Shown: positions 50,412-60,531, counted from the first letter of the stretch. The stretch is DNA of 64,000 bases from an uncultured Gemmatimonadales bacterium (GCA_963842945.1 CAWJIM010000003.1:64001-128000), one strand, 5' to 3'. Program-made: numbers and translations. Notes: generated from the letters alone by a model not told the origin.

Positions 50412-51087
50412 GCCCGAAGGCCCGCACCGGCCAGCTGCCGAACCGGGCGACTTTTGCGGGTACGGCAGAGAACCGGAAGCCGGCCAAGGGAAGGCTCTGG
50501 AGATTGCACAGGTGCTCCACGATGAGAACACCTGAACCGAGCAAGATCGAATGGACCGGCCGGCTCTGGTCCGCCGTATCGTCAATGTTGAGGGAATCGA
50601 TCCCGACCAGCACTGCCCCGCTGTCTCGCAGGAACTCTGCAGCGTCGCCGGTCAGAAATGGATGTCCCGACAGGTACTGGTCGGTTCGCCAGTGCCGGTC
50701 CCATCCGGTATGCACCAGCAGGGCCTTCTCCCTCAAATCCATTCCCTGAAATACACGGGCGGAGATCGGCCGCGCACTCTCCGGGGGAACCCGCACAACC
50801 ACCGCGTCGAGGTTGGCTACAGAGTCCAGCGGAAGCTGCGCCAGATCCGGACCGTCAGCGTACCGGTGGAAGGGGGCATCGAGATAGGTACCGGTGTTTG
50901 CCACCATCTCGATCTTGCCGATCTGAAACTCGACTCCAGCGGCATACTTACTGCGCGAGGCTTCCCGGCTCAGATAGTCACAGATCAGCGGGCCCGGCAA
51001 GCCGGGATAGGTCACCATTCCATGCTCGATGTCATGACTTACGTCTATGAGGCGAGGAACCCCTTCCCCGCTTCCCCGCCTACTCAC
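50392..51087 (-). CDS. Cyclase (kynurenine formamidase-like) family protein
   Basis: NTGTYLDAPFH, GIDSLNID, IVEHL, PVRA. Confidence 0.85.
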   Translation of the reverse strand: MSRRGSGEGVPRLIDVSHDIEHGMVTYPGLPGPLICDYLSREASRSKYAAGVEFQIGKIEMVANTGTYLDAPFHRYADGPDLAQLPLDSVANLDAVVVRVPPESARPISARVFQGMDLREKALLVHTGWDRHWRTDQYLSGHPFLTGDAAEFLRDSGAVLVGIDSLNIDDTADQSRPVHSILLGSGVLIVEHLCNLQSLPLAGFRFSAVPAKVARFGSWPVRAFGHVLPAN

Positions 51088-52276
51088 CCAGTTCGACTCC
51101 GGCGACCGTGCTGATCCTCACGATGGTTTCGCCCACCTTGTTATTAGGAGTCGAGGCGCCCGCGGTGATGCCGATAGTACGAGAGGAACCCAGCCAATTA
51201 TCGCTCATGGCTTCTGTCTTGGTGCCGATGGGCTGGTAGCGAATCACTCCAGTGGATACGTCGATGGCCTCCGCGTCCTCGATGTGGTAGGTGGGAACGC
51301 CGTGCTGGTGGACCAGTGCCGCAAGGTGACACGTGTTGCTGGAGTTGTACCCGCCTACCACGATCATCAGATCGAGCGGCTCCCCAAGCAGAGCCAGTAC
51401 GGCATCCTGCCGTTCCTGAGTGGCCGAGCAGATCGTGTCGAAGGAGCGGAAGTGCTCCTCCAGCGCATCGGCCCCATAGCGCCGGGCCATGCTCTGCTTC
51501 ACCTCTTCGGCAATAGCCAGCGACTCCCCCGACAGCATCGTGGTCTGATTGGCCACTCCTATCCGGCTGAGATCGCGCTCAAAATCGAACCCCAGCGATA
51601 CAGCGCGGGCAAAGTGTGTCCTGAGGGCCTCGATGTCGCCGGCACCCTCGATGAAATCGCAGATCTTCCGCGCTTCATTCATGTCGAATACCACGAGATA
51701 GCGGCCATGCGGGTACTTCATGACCTGGCTTGCGGTGGCCTTGGTCTCCTCGTGGTAATGCTTTCCATGGATGAGGGCCGTGTAGCCATCGCGGGCATAG
51801 CTCTCGACCCGTTTCCAGACGTTCAGCACCGATCCGCATGTGGTGTCGACCAGCACACAACCAATGGCGCGGAGACGCTCGAAGTCGCGAATGGTGACAC
51901 CGAAGGCGGGCATGATCACCACATCGTTCGGGCTGACCCCGGAGAAGTCGAACTCGCCCTGGGCTTTCTGGGTGAGGAGAGTAATGCCCATGGCCCGGAG
52001 CTTCTCGTTGACATGGGGATTGTGAATGATTTCTCCGACCAGATAGAGCTGCCGGTCGGGAAACTTGGTCCGGCTTTCGTAGGCGTATTCCACCGCCCGA
52101 TCCACCCCATAGCAAAACCCGAACTCCCGGGCCAGCCGGAAGGTGAGATGTCCCACTGTAAGGGTGTAACCGTTGTTTTTTAGCGCCTCAACCACGGCAC
52201 TGTGGTAGTCCGCCGTCAGCCGCCCGGCGATCTCGCTCTTGAGGCCGAACCCCTTGCGGAAATAGGTCTGTTCCAT
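51080..52276 (-). CDS. ispH: 4-hydroxy-3-methylbut-2-enyl diphosphate reductase
   Basis: FGFCYGV, EIIHNP, DTTC, QTT, DTICSATQERQ, SSNT, TAGASTP. Confidence 0.95.
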   Translation of the reverse strand: MEQTYFRKGFGLKSEIAGRLTADYHSAVVEALKNNGYTLTVGHLTFRLAREFGFCYGVDRAVEYAYESRTKFPDRQLYLVGEIIHNPHVNEKLRAMGITLLTQKAQGEFDFSGVSPNDVVIMPAFGVTIRDFERLRAIGCVLVDTTCGSVLNVWKRVESYARDGYTALIHGKHYHEETKATASQVMKYPHGRYLVVFDMNEARKICDFIEGAGDIEALRTHFARAVSLGFDFERDLSRIGVANQTTMLSGESLAIAEEVKQSMARRYGADALEEHFRSFDTICSATQERQDAVLALLGEPLDLMIVVGGYNSSNTCHLAALVHQHGVPTYHIEDAEAIDVSTGVIRYQPIGTKTEAMSDNWLGSSRTIGITAGASTPNNKVGETIVRISTVAGVELGE

Positions 52277-52280
52277 GCCG

Positions 52281-52835
52281 TCAATGTACACTGTCCGGAG
52301 GTTGTGGATCGATGCCGGATTGCTGATCCTGGTCCACACAGCCGGAAGCAGCGGGCTTCATCACCAGGTCCTGAAAAGTTCCGCTGAGACGGATCCGCTG
52401 AGTATCCGTCACCGACCGAGCCCGTGCCCCAAACCGTCCGGAGAGGAGACCCGAACGGGACTGCTCCAGAATCACGTTTCCGCTGTCGCCCTGGAATCCC
52501 TGCACCACCGTCTTCCCCTGCCAGCGCACCGCAAGCCCAGCGGCCGGCGGAAGGGACTCAGCCTTTGGCGGGTCGACCACCGGATACTTTCCGGCCGCCA
52601 GTGCTCGTTCAGGGTAGAGCGCGAGCGCTGCGCCGGTATCGCCATGAACCGTGCGGATCTCCAGGAACCGGCGTGCCTCGCACCACTGAGCGGTGGCGGC
52701 TCCGGACAGCCTACCTCCCTCCTTGCCGCTCCAGGACAGCTCCAGATGCGGGTCAGTAGAGGACCGGTTGGCCGGCCGCTGGCAAGCCAGCAACGTCGCG
52801 AGGATGGCAAGCGGCCAGACCGGGGGAATGGTCAT
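52281..52835 (-). CDS. Hypothetical lipoprotein
   Basis: Lipobox LLAC; co-directional with ispH. Confidence 0.6.
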   Translation of the reverse strand: MTIPPVWPLAILATLLACQRPANRSSTDPHLELSWSGKEGGRLSGAATAQWCEARRFLEIRTVHGDTGAALALYPERALAAGKYPVVDPPKAESLPPAAGLAVRWQGKTVVQGFQGDSGNVILEQSRSGLLSGRFGARARSVTDTQRIRLSGTFQDLVMKPAASGCVDQDQQSGIDPQPPDSVH

Positions 52836-52908
52836 CCGGGAGTCCGCGGTTGGGGGTGCTCAGTTGTGTGGTGGGGGGAGAGAGGAAGGAAGGAGTTGCC
52901 CGGAATGA

Positions 52909-53364
52909 TCAGGTGGTTTGCGCCCATTTACTCCGGCCATCACGGTGAAGCCCGTACGCCTTGAGGCGGCGCCACAAGGTGGTGCGGCTGATGCCCAGTG
53001 ACCGCGCCGTTTCCGCCAGCTTCCAGCTGTGGGCGTCCAGTGTCTTGACGATAGCCTCCTTTTCCCTGGCCGCCAACGTGATGGCACCCGCCAGCCCCGG
53101 AATAAACATGGCTTCGCCCAACTCGAGTCCTCCCACCCGCAGCGGTCGGAGGCGGCCACCCAACGCCGCCAGTCGGGGCTGAAGATCGGGGGCGCCCTCG
53201 AAAAGATCCATTCCTGACAAGGCCTCACGGGCAGGCTGGTTGGCGTACAGGAGCCGTCCCTCGACATCGAAGACCACCACCCCTTCGCTGAAGCCGTCGA
53301 GCAGGGCCTTGGCTAGAGGCGAAAATACAGAGGGCATGGTATTGACTGACAAGGTTTCTGGCAT
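52909..53364 (-). CDS. Small PAS-like plus Fis-type HTH regulator
   Basis: EGVVVFD..GRLLYANQ.A PAS start; ETARSLGISRTTLWRRLKAYG. Confidence 0.8.
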   Translation of the reverse strand: MPETLSVNTMPSVFSPLAKALLDGFSEGVVVFDVEGRLLYANQPAREALSGMDLFEGAPDLQPRLAALGGRLRPLRVGGLELGEAMFIPGLAGAITLAAREKEAIVKTLDAHSWKLAETARSLGISRTTLWRRLKAYGLHRDGRSKWAQTT

Positions 53365-53582
53365 AGTCCAAAGATACGTAGTCTGGGGTTAACTGGTTTC
53401 CGAGCATCCGCCTACTAGTACAGACGACGAGCCGGTGCCCCGGTGCACAATGCGCCGCCGCGTTGGTAACCGGGCCTGTTGTAACGGTCTGACACCGCAT
53501 CGTGACACGGCCCGGATCCGATAAGAATCAGACCTGGGTCGGGGACCGAATCACACCGATGCGCGTGAGAGGGGAAGCTGAG

Positions 53583-56199
53583 CTAGCGCCGGGGCCGGTG
53601 GTTCCGGCGGCCTCGACGGTGGGAGCGATGCCGCCCATCGTGATCCCGCCGTCCACCGCGATGGGGATGGGGGTGTTCTTCCTGGTCCGGCGCCTGGCGA
53701 GAGCGTCGAAGCAGCGCCTGAAGGTCGGGAATCGAATCGGCCAGAATGGGTGGATGGCGTCCGCGCTGTACGGCAAATACCAAGTGGACGGTCGAGCCGG
53801 GGCAGTTCGTCCGCCCGAAGCCGTTTGGCCTGGCCCTCTCGCAAACGCACCCGAGCGATGCCCTGGCCGTTCCGGACTTCGTAGTCCAGGGGAACAGCGT
53901 CGCCCCGGAGATGGATCCGCCCGGGTAGCTCGCCTAGTTGTTCGCGGGTCGAAACGTCCACCAGCTCGTCCTGGTTCAACGCAATGCGTGCCCTGAGGAA
54001 GTCCTGCCAGCCTCGGACAGACTCCAATTGAGACCGAATATTCGCGCGCACCGCCTGAGGAGACGCTGCTTCAAGGGTTCCGCCCGATCGGCGCCACAGC
54101 TCGTCCAGCTCTCCCAGGGTGCGCCGCAGCCGGTTCTGGTCGGGATGAGTGGTCTCGCCTTCCCAGAGCGCCTGGGCGAGCACATCCCGCGCTGCCGCCT
54201 GGAGCTCCAGCGGCACCTCGTCCTCCAGAGTCTCCAGCTCGGTATCCAGCTCAAACCCGAAGTAACTCCGCCGCCGCTCGATCATCAGCCGCTGGTGCTT
54301 GCGAGGTCCACCCAGAACGATCCGGGGCGGACTCAGGGTGGCGTACTTCTGGACGAGATCATACGACAGAGTGGTGCCTTCGATGGCGGCCCGCGGGGTA
54401 CCAAAGCGGTCCGCGAAATAGCGAAGCATCCCGGCAACGGCTCCCCAGCTTCCCGCCACTGAGGTCTTTGAAACCCTGGCCTCCTGCCCATCGGCGGTGT
54501 GCTCATCGATGACCAGATCAAAGGGCATGATTCGGGCGACCAGATCGGACCAGCGGCGGCGGATGTCCTTGGAGCCGTAGGGCAGCTGTTTCGGGAGCGG
54601 CAGCTCCAGCGACCTGTAGACCGAAGCTACGCCGAGAGCAGTGTCCTCGATCGCCTTGACCAGAACTCCACGCCGCTCCGCCCACTCCTCCAATTCCTCC
54701 TCGAACAGATGCCGAGAAAGACCGTACACCTCACCCAGATACCCGTGCTGGTTCACCGCCTCGGCATACAGGTTGTACGCCGTGAGGTGATCGCTCCCAT
54801 TCACCACCACACCGTGGAGATCGCGTTCCTCACGGGTCATCCGGTGCAGCGACTCGATGTTGGAGCACACCGCCACCATCGGGATCAACTCGGAGTCGGC
54901 ATGGACCAGCAGCTCTCCCCACGAACGATCGACCGGAAGCGCCTCGACCTCCCGCCCGTAGGGAGTAAGCCGACCGTTCTCGATGAGACCTCGGCGGGTA
55001 AGCAGGCCGAGCGCGCGGTTGTAGGCGGTGCGGTCGAGCGGCACCGGCAGGTCCAGCTCACGAGCATCGACCCCCAGCGCCGCGCAGGTGATCGCAACCC
55101 GCTCCGCATCGCCGGCCAGCTGAAACTCGGGTGGCGTGGGGCGAAGCGCCTCGAACACCAAGTCGCGCTCGCTGAGAATCACCACCTCTCCGTTGGGGAC
55201 TCGGCCGTGGACCCTGCCGGCCATCTGCAGGATTTCGTTCGCTCCGAGATACAGCCGGTGCAGCACGTTGCGGCCCCGGTCCACCACGTTGCCATACCGG
55301 GCATCGTAGATCACGACGGTATCGAGGCCTCGGACATTCAGCGCCGATTGCCCTGCGGCGGTCATCGCCAGAAGAAACGGACGGGGGACTTCATCTTCCA
55401 GAAAGGGCCGAATCACCCGGATCGGTTCTCCGCCGTGATAGAAGGCAGTGGTGAGCCGAGGCCACTGCTCTCCCAGGCTGGCCGCCAGCTTTTCCACTTC
55501 CGCGCGAGTCGGCACGAAAACGGCGACCCCACGCTTTTCTTTCATGACGTGGCGGACATAGCGGTCGTTCAAAAATTCTTCGGGCTGCTGCGGAAGGACC
55601 TGCACCTTGGCCTTGAGCGCCGGATCGAAGGCCTGGGTAACCAGCACCTCAGAGCTGTTCAAGTACTCGGCGTAGAAGGCCGGGTCTACCGTGGCACTCA
55701 GCCAGATGAACCGGCAACCGGCGCGCTTGCCCAGCGCCAGGCAGAGCTCGAGCTCGGCAGAGGTCTGATGGATCTCGTCGGCGATGACCGTGTCACGGCC
55801 GGTGATGAGGTCGTCCTGAAACCACCGCCGGGCAATCCCCGTGGTCACGATGACAACGTTCCAGCTGGGTGTCTCCGGAGTCGCCTCCCGCTCTCGGTTC
55901 ACCACTCCGGGATGTAGCGGCTCGCGTAGTATCGACTCGGCAATCGGACGGATGCCCAGGGTCTTGCCGGTCCCAGTACCCGCCACGATGCCGAAGGCGA
56001 GTCCCTGCCCGGCCCATTCCCGCAGCTCAGGTCCATGTTCCCGCTCGAGCAGGGTATCGACCTGAAGACCGAGCGCTAGCTCGATGGTCTCGCAGGCGGC
56101 TCGGGTGGGGGCGATGATGATGATTCGACCCTTGGGGTGGGGAGCGTGCCGGTAAGCGTCGGGATCGGGGGGAAGATGGTGGTCGCGCGAGGGGTGCAT
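53583..56199 (-). CDS. HrpA/HrpB-like DEAH-box helicase, frameshift near 53775
   Basis: GTGTGKT, DEIH, SAT, FVPTRAEV, QMAGRVHGR, LTPYGR; Arg/His-rich tail. Confidence 0.85.
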
Positions 56200-56219
56200 G
56201 CGGGAAGATAGCCGACTCC

Positions 56220-59200
56220 CTAGAACCCCGGCTGTAACTCGAACTGCCAGACCCACCCCTTGTCCGGCCGCTGGAACGGTCGTACCAGGTCGATTTCGGC
56301 TACCGCGAAGCCGAGGAGATTGATTCGCAAGCCGGCGCCGGCGCTGAATACCGGGTCACGAGTCCCGGACCCCAGAATAGAGGGGTTGTGCTGGCTGTCC
56401 CACGCCAGGCCGCCGTCACCGAAGACTGTGAAGTCGATCGGGAAGACGCCGTAGTACCCTGATCCTATCCCGAGCGCTCCAAAAAGGGGGAACCTCAGTT
56501 CAGCGCTCGCCACGGCTATCCGGCTGCCCTCAAGTTGATCGAATGCTGGGCATCCGGTCGGGTTGTTTGCCGTCGGGTGGCACTCCGATGCATCGAAGGA
56601 ACCGTAACTGTAGCCGCGGACCAGTCCCGGATACCCAAGGAACAGCGGCTGCAGTCTCTGATCTTCGCCGCCACTCCCATACCGGCCATAGTGCAGGAAG
56701 CGGGCTGCCAATGTGAAGGGGCGGGCCGGCATGAAGTACCTGCGATAGTCGACCAGCCCTCCAACGTACGACAACGACCCGATGCTGGGCGACACTTCCA
56801 CCCGGAAACGTTGGCCAAAGATCGGACCGGTAGCGCCCATGAATGAGTTGTCGTACACCCAAGCTGCACTCGCGCTTCCGAGGTTAAGATCGCTGCCCGC
56901 CGGGAGGTCCTGTTTGTCGTCCACGATCTGGTCACCGGTCACGAGCGAGAACCCTGTGGTACGGAGCTCGCTGTCGAAGCTGATGTTGCTGAATCCTGCC
57001 TGTAATTCCACTCGCTGAACCGTGCTGAACGGGTAGGCGAAGACTCCGTACAGATCCCGGTTGGTTTGCCTCTGTAGCAGCACCTGATCTACCAGGGCCG
57101 GTTCGCCGTTGATGGTGGTGGTGCCCTCCGCAAAGCCACCGGTTGTGTAGGGAACTTGCTGGGCAACCACTCCCCAATTCAGACGGTGCGTGAGGTTCTG
57201 ATACCCGACCAGCGCATTCACATCCTTTAAGCTGCCCTGAATGTTCAATCCGGTGACCAGATTGTGGTCCCCCAGAAGGTCGCTGAAGTACAGGGACGCA
57301 CCACCACCGATGTAGGTACCGAACTGGCTGGCTCCGACCGCGAGCGAGGGTTGTCCTACGTAGTTCAGCGATAGACTCGGCTTATACGGTTTTACCGCGA
57401 ACGCAGTGTCCCTCGGAAGCCCCCGCCGCGGGTCGTGGAGCATGTCCAGCAGGGTTGAGTCCGGAGTGCCCATCGGAGGGAGAGCCGCGAACGACGCTTC
57501 CCTGGAGCCGTAGGCCTGGAATGCGGTGAGCTGCTGCGGCACGGCGTTGGCCTGCGCAGGGTCAATGGCGTAGAGATCGTAGCCGTTCGAGCGGAAGACG
57601 CTGTACACCACCCGGCCAGTCTGCTCTGCAACCGTAAACGCCGGGCTGGTCTCGGTGATGCCGCTTACGCCGGTAAACAAGTTGGTGACCTGTGAAAGCT
57701 GTCCGGTCGCGACATTTACCCGGTAGATGTTGGTGACGCCGTTGGGATCCGAGAGGAAAAACAGGCTGGAGCCGTCGGGTGACCACTGGGGATTGAGCTG
57801 TCGGGCCGGCCCGGACCCGGGTGCTCGGCTGATCCTGCCGGTCGCGACATCAATGAGACCCAGCGCCTGGCGACCGATGCGAAGCGTTCCGAGATCCGTG
57901 GTAAATCGGTCGGTAGCAAAGGCGATGGTTCGGCCGTCGGGTGACCACGCGGGCTGCAGATCCGCGAAGTCATCGTTGGTCAGCCGCTGCGACTGGCCGC
58001 TGTCCAGATCGTAGGTGAAGAGATCGGTTAGACCACCGGACACCCCGGAGAACGCAATCCGCCGGCCGTCCGGCGACCAGGTGGGATTGAGGATTTCACC
58101 GAGATCCTTGAATGGGATCTCCCGCACCCGCTTGCCGGAATCCACGTCGTAGACCACCAACGTCGGCCGGCCACCCGAAATGGCGGAGAACACGAAACGC
58201 TTGCCGTCGGGAGACCAGCTGCCCGACGACTGAATGAACTCCAGACTCTGGAGGTGGGGGTCGACGGCCGTCCTCGTGATCTGCCGAACGACGTGACCGG
58301 TCTGGGCGTCGGCGAGGAACAGGTCGATGGAGAACAGGTCTCGGTCCGAAAGAAACATCATCCGCGTGCCGTCGGGGCTCAAGGATGGAGCGATGTTATA
58401 CCGCCCATCTCCCTTGGCCTCGACTATCCGGGGCCCGAAGCTGTCGGCCGGTTGAGCTTGCCCGCGCAAAGGCTGGTATGCCGCGTGAATTTCGGAGTGC
58501 CATCGGGAGACCAGCTGGTCGGGAGTCAGCGAGAGCACGCCGCGAATGGCCTGATCGACGCTCCGGCGCTGGGCCGCCTGCCGAAGGAGCTCACCGATAG
58601 CCCGGTCTCCCCAGTGACCGGCCACGAAGGCAAGCAGCGCATGACCGTAACGGTAGGGGAAGTACCGGGGATCTTCGAGCTGTCTGAAGCTGGGCAGGCT
58701 GTCCTTGGCTGTATCCTGAACCGCTCCCCGCATCCACATGGCGGTGGGTCCGTCGATGGGACCGAGGGATAGGTATTCGGCCATTCCCTCGATGAACCAG
58801 AGCGGGAGAGCCGTGGCGGCCGGCAAGGCTCCGAACGTGGCTGAACGACCGTTGCCCGTAATGTCGTATTGGAACGCGTGGACCAACTCGTGGCCGATTA
58901 CGTGGTTGAGATCCCCCAGGGTCCCCCCCACCGGCAGAACGATCCGGCGGCGGAGCGCTTCAGTGACGCCACCGGTTCCTTCGCCTAGGTCACCCTGAAT
59001 GGCGTTGGTCTGCTGGAACTCGGCTGGGCTGGCGTAAAGAATGAGCGGTTGCCGTCCGGACAGCTCACGGCCGAACACCGTCCCCAGGCGTGTCCGCCAC
59101 CGCTCCGCCATCCGGGCCGCCTGGGTCGCTGCACCGTGCTCTCCAGGGTAGAAGTAGATGTCGAAGTGCTCGGTCTTGAGCACCTGGAAATCAAACTTCT

Positions 59201-59315
59201 GATATTGAACCTTGTTCCGGCCGAAGTATTGCGCCTGCAGGGGTGATGCGATCAGCCCAACGAACGAGAGGAGTAGCCAGGCCCGACGCCGGCTGGCTCG
59301 AAGCGAACCAAGCAT
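56220..59315 (-). CDS. Omp85-family protein with N-terminal metallopeptidase-like and PD40/TolB-like propeller domains
   Basis: Signal peptide, QYFGRNKVQY, HELVH, WFIEGMAEY, repeated WSPDG, VRGY, terminal Phe. Confidence 0.85.
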   Translation of the reverse strand: MLGSLRASRRRAWLLLSFVGLIASPLQAQYFGRNKVQYQKFDFQVLKTEHFDIYFYPGEHGAATQAARMAERWRTRLGTVFGRELSGRQPLILYASPAEFQQTNAIQGDLGEGTGGVTEALRRRIVLPVGGTLGDLNHVIGHELVHAFQYDITGNGRSATFGALPAATALPLWFIEGMAEYLSLGPIDGPTAMWMRGAVQDTAKDSLPSFRQLEDPRYFPYRYGHALLAFVAGHWGDRAIGELLRQAAQRRSVDQAIRGVLSLTPDQLVSRWHSEIHAAYQPLRGQAQPADSFGPRIVEAKGDGRYNIAPSLSPDGTRMMFLSDRDLFSIDLFLADAQTGHVVRQITRTAVDPHLQSLEFIQSSGSWSPDGKRFVFSAISGGRPTLVVYDVDSGKRVREIPFKDLGEILNPTWSPDGRRIAFSGVSGGLTDLFTYDLDSGQSQRLTNDDFADLQPAWSPDGRTIAFATDRFTTDLGTLRIGRQALGLIDVATGRISRAPGSGPARQLNPQWSPDGSSLFFLSDPNGVTNIYRVNVATGQLSQVTNLFTGVSGITETSPAFTVAEQTGRVVYSVFRSNGYDLYAIDPAQANAVPQQLTAFQAYGSREASFAALPPMGTPDSTLLDMLHDPRRGLPRDTAFAVKPYKPSLSLNYVGQPSLAVGASQFGTYIGGGASLYFSDLLGDHNLVTGLNIQGSLKDVNALVGYQNLTHRLNWGVVAQQVPYTTGGFAEGTTTINGEPALVDQVLLQRQTNRDLYGVFAYPFSTVQRVELQAGFSNISFDSELRTTGFSLVTGDQIVDDKQDLPAGSDLNLGSASAAWVYDNSFMGATGPIFGQRFRVEVSPSIGSLSYVGGLVDYRRYFMPARPFTLAARFLHYGRYGSGGEDQRLQPLFLGYPGLVRGYSYGSFDASECHPTANNPTGCPAFDQLEGSRIAVASAELRFPLFGALGIGSGYYGVFPIDFTVFGDGGLAWDSQHNPSILGSGTRDPVFSAGAGLRINLLGFAVAEIDLVRPFQRPDKGWVWQFELQPGF

Positions 59316-59391
59316 ATGAGAGAATGGACCGCTGGAGTTGAGTAAGCCGTGACCCAGAGCACAGGTCGGCCGAGTGTTTCCCGATGAGGGG

Positions 59392-59616
59392 TCAGCTCGA
59401 TTTGCTGCGGATCCGGCGAGTCCTCGAGGGTAGTATCGGCTCGATCTGATCCTGTTGGTCCAGCCACTGACATACGATTGCAAATGCCGCGTCCCGGTCG
59501 AGGTTGAAGGTCTTCATTAAATACGGGACTGCGCCGTACATGTTGGTCCGTCCCTCGGCCCGAAGCTGTCGGAGAAAGCGGAAGCAGTGCGTGGCTGGAG
59601 GAGAAGAGAGTTCCAT
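59392..59616 (-). CDS. Small hypothetical protein with GRTNMYGAVPYL motif
   Basis: 74-aa ORF filling the gap between the Omp85 gene and the fae promoter; amphipathic helical pattern. Confidence 0.65.
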   Translation of the reverse strand: MELSSPPATHCFRFLRQLRAEGRTNMYGAVPYLMKTFNLDRDAAFAIVCQWLDQQDQIEPILPSRTRRIRSKSS

Positions 59617-59712
59617 GTACCGAAGATAAACCGAAAACCGGAGTCGCTCAAGCGTGCCTTTTCGGGAACCGAAATCAACGCAACAGACGGTTTCTCAGCG
59701 CTTTCGGTTGAC

Positions 59713-59741
59713 TTGACACCGCCAAAAGCGGGTTCCATACT
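59713..59741 (+). promoter_or_regulatory. Sigma70-type promoter of the fae operon
   Basis: TTGACA(59713-59718)-17 bp-CATACT(59736-59741). Confidence 0.7.
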
Positions 59742-59920
59742 AGGGGCCTCAACGTACGGCAAGTACTCAGTGTCTTGAGCTACCGCCCTGCGGATCGCGT
59801 GGCTGGGTCGTCCGTTTCCCCCGCGCTGCTCTTCATCCGGGCTCACCATTCGCCAACGTCGAGCTAACCATGTTGCGCCGGATTTTCTCCTTCTTCAACA
59901 AAACGGATATGGAGGCAGGT

Positions 59921-60433
59921 ATGGCTGGGGAATTCTTCATCGGTGAATCGCTCGTCGGAGATGGTAATGAGATTGCCCACATCGACCTCATCATCGGCTC
60001 CAAGTCCGGACCCACCGGTCTGGCCTTCACCCAAGCGCTCTCCCACAACTCCGACGGCTTCTCTACCCTGCTGGCTGTAGTGACTCCGAACCTCCCCGCC
60101 AAGCCCGACACCCTGCTCTTCAACAAAGTCACCATCAAGGGTGCCAAGCAGGCGGTTCAGATGTTCGGCCCGGCCCAGGCGGCAGTGGCTCGGGCGGTAA
60201 TGGACAGCGTGGCCTCTGGTGTCATTGACAAGAGCCGGGCCAACGACCTCTGCATTCTGGTCGGTGTGTTTATTCACTGGCAGGCCGAGAACGACAAGAA
60301 GATTTACGACTACAATTATCAGGCAACGAAGGAGTCGATCCAGCGGGCGCTGCAGAACAAGCCCACGATCGACGAGGTGCTGCAGCGTTACAAGGCTGCG
60401 CGTCACCCCTTCGCCAGTGGTGCCGAGGGCTGA
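59921..60433 (+). CDS. fae: Formaldehyde-activating enzyme
   Basis: GESLVGDGNEIAHIDLIIG, NKVTIK, QMFGPAQAAVA, VFIHW, YNYQATK; GGAGG RBS. Confidence 0.95.
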   Translation: MAGEFFIGESLVGDGNEIAHIDLIIGSKSGPTGLAFTQALSHNSDGFSTLLAVVTPNLPAKPDTLLFNKVTIKGAKQAVQMFGPAQAAVARAVMDSVASGVIDKSRANDLCILVGVFIHWQAENDKKIYDYNYQATKESIQRALQNKPTIDEVLQRYKAARHPFASGAEG

Positions 60434-60462
60434 TCGTACAGTCCCGCTGATTCCCGATTTTT

Positions 60463-60500
60463 CGAGGGGCGGCCCGCTGCTGGGGCGCCCCTCGTCTTTT
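60463..60500 (+). terminator. Intrinsic terminator-like hairpin between fae and mtd
   Basis: CGAGGGGCG...CGCCCCTCG followed by TCTTTT. Confidence 0.65.
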
Positions 60501-60531
60501 AGCGACAACCGTTCAGGAGAAGTGGTGTCCG

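Noticed and set aside
59790..59860. Canonical ZTP riboswitch upstream of fae
   Set aside because: Only the 5' words resemble it; the GGGGAGC and CGCCTGGGC elements are missing, so it is kept only as an unclassified leader
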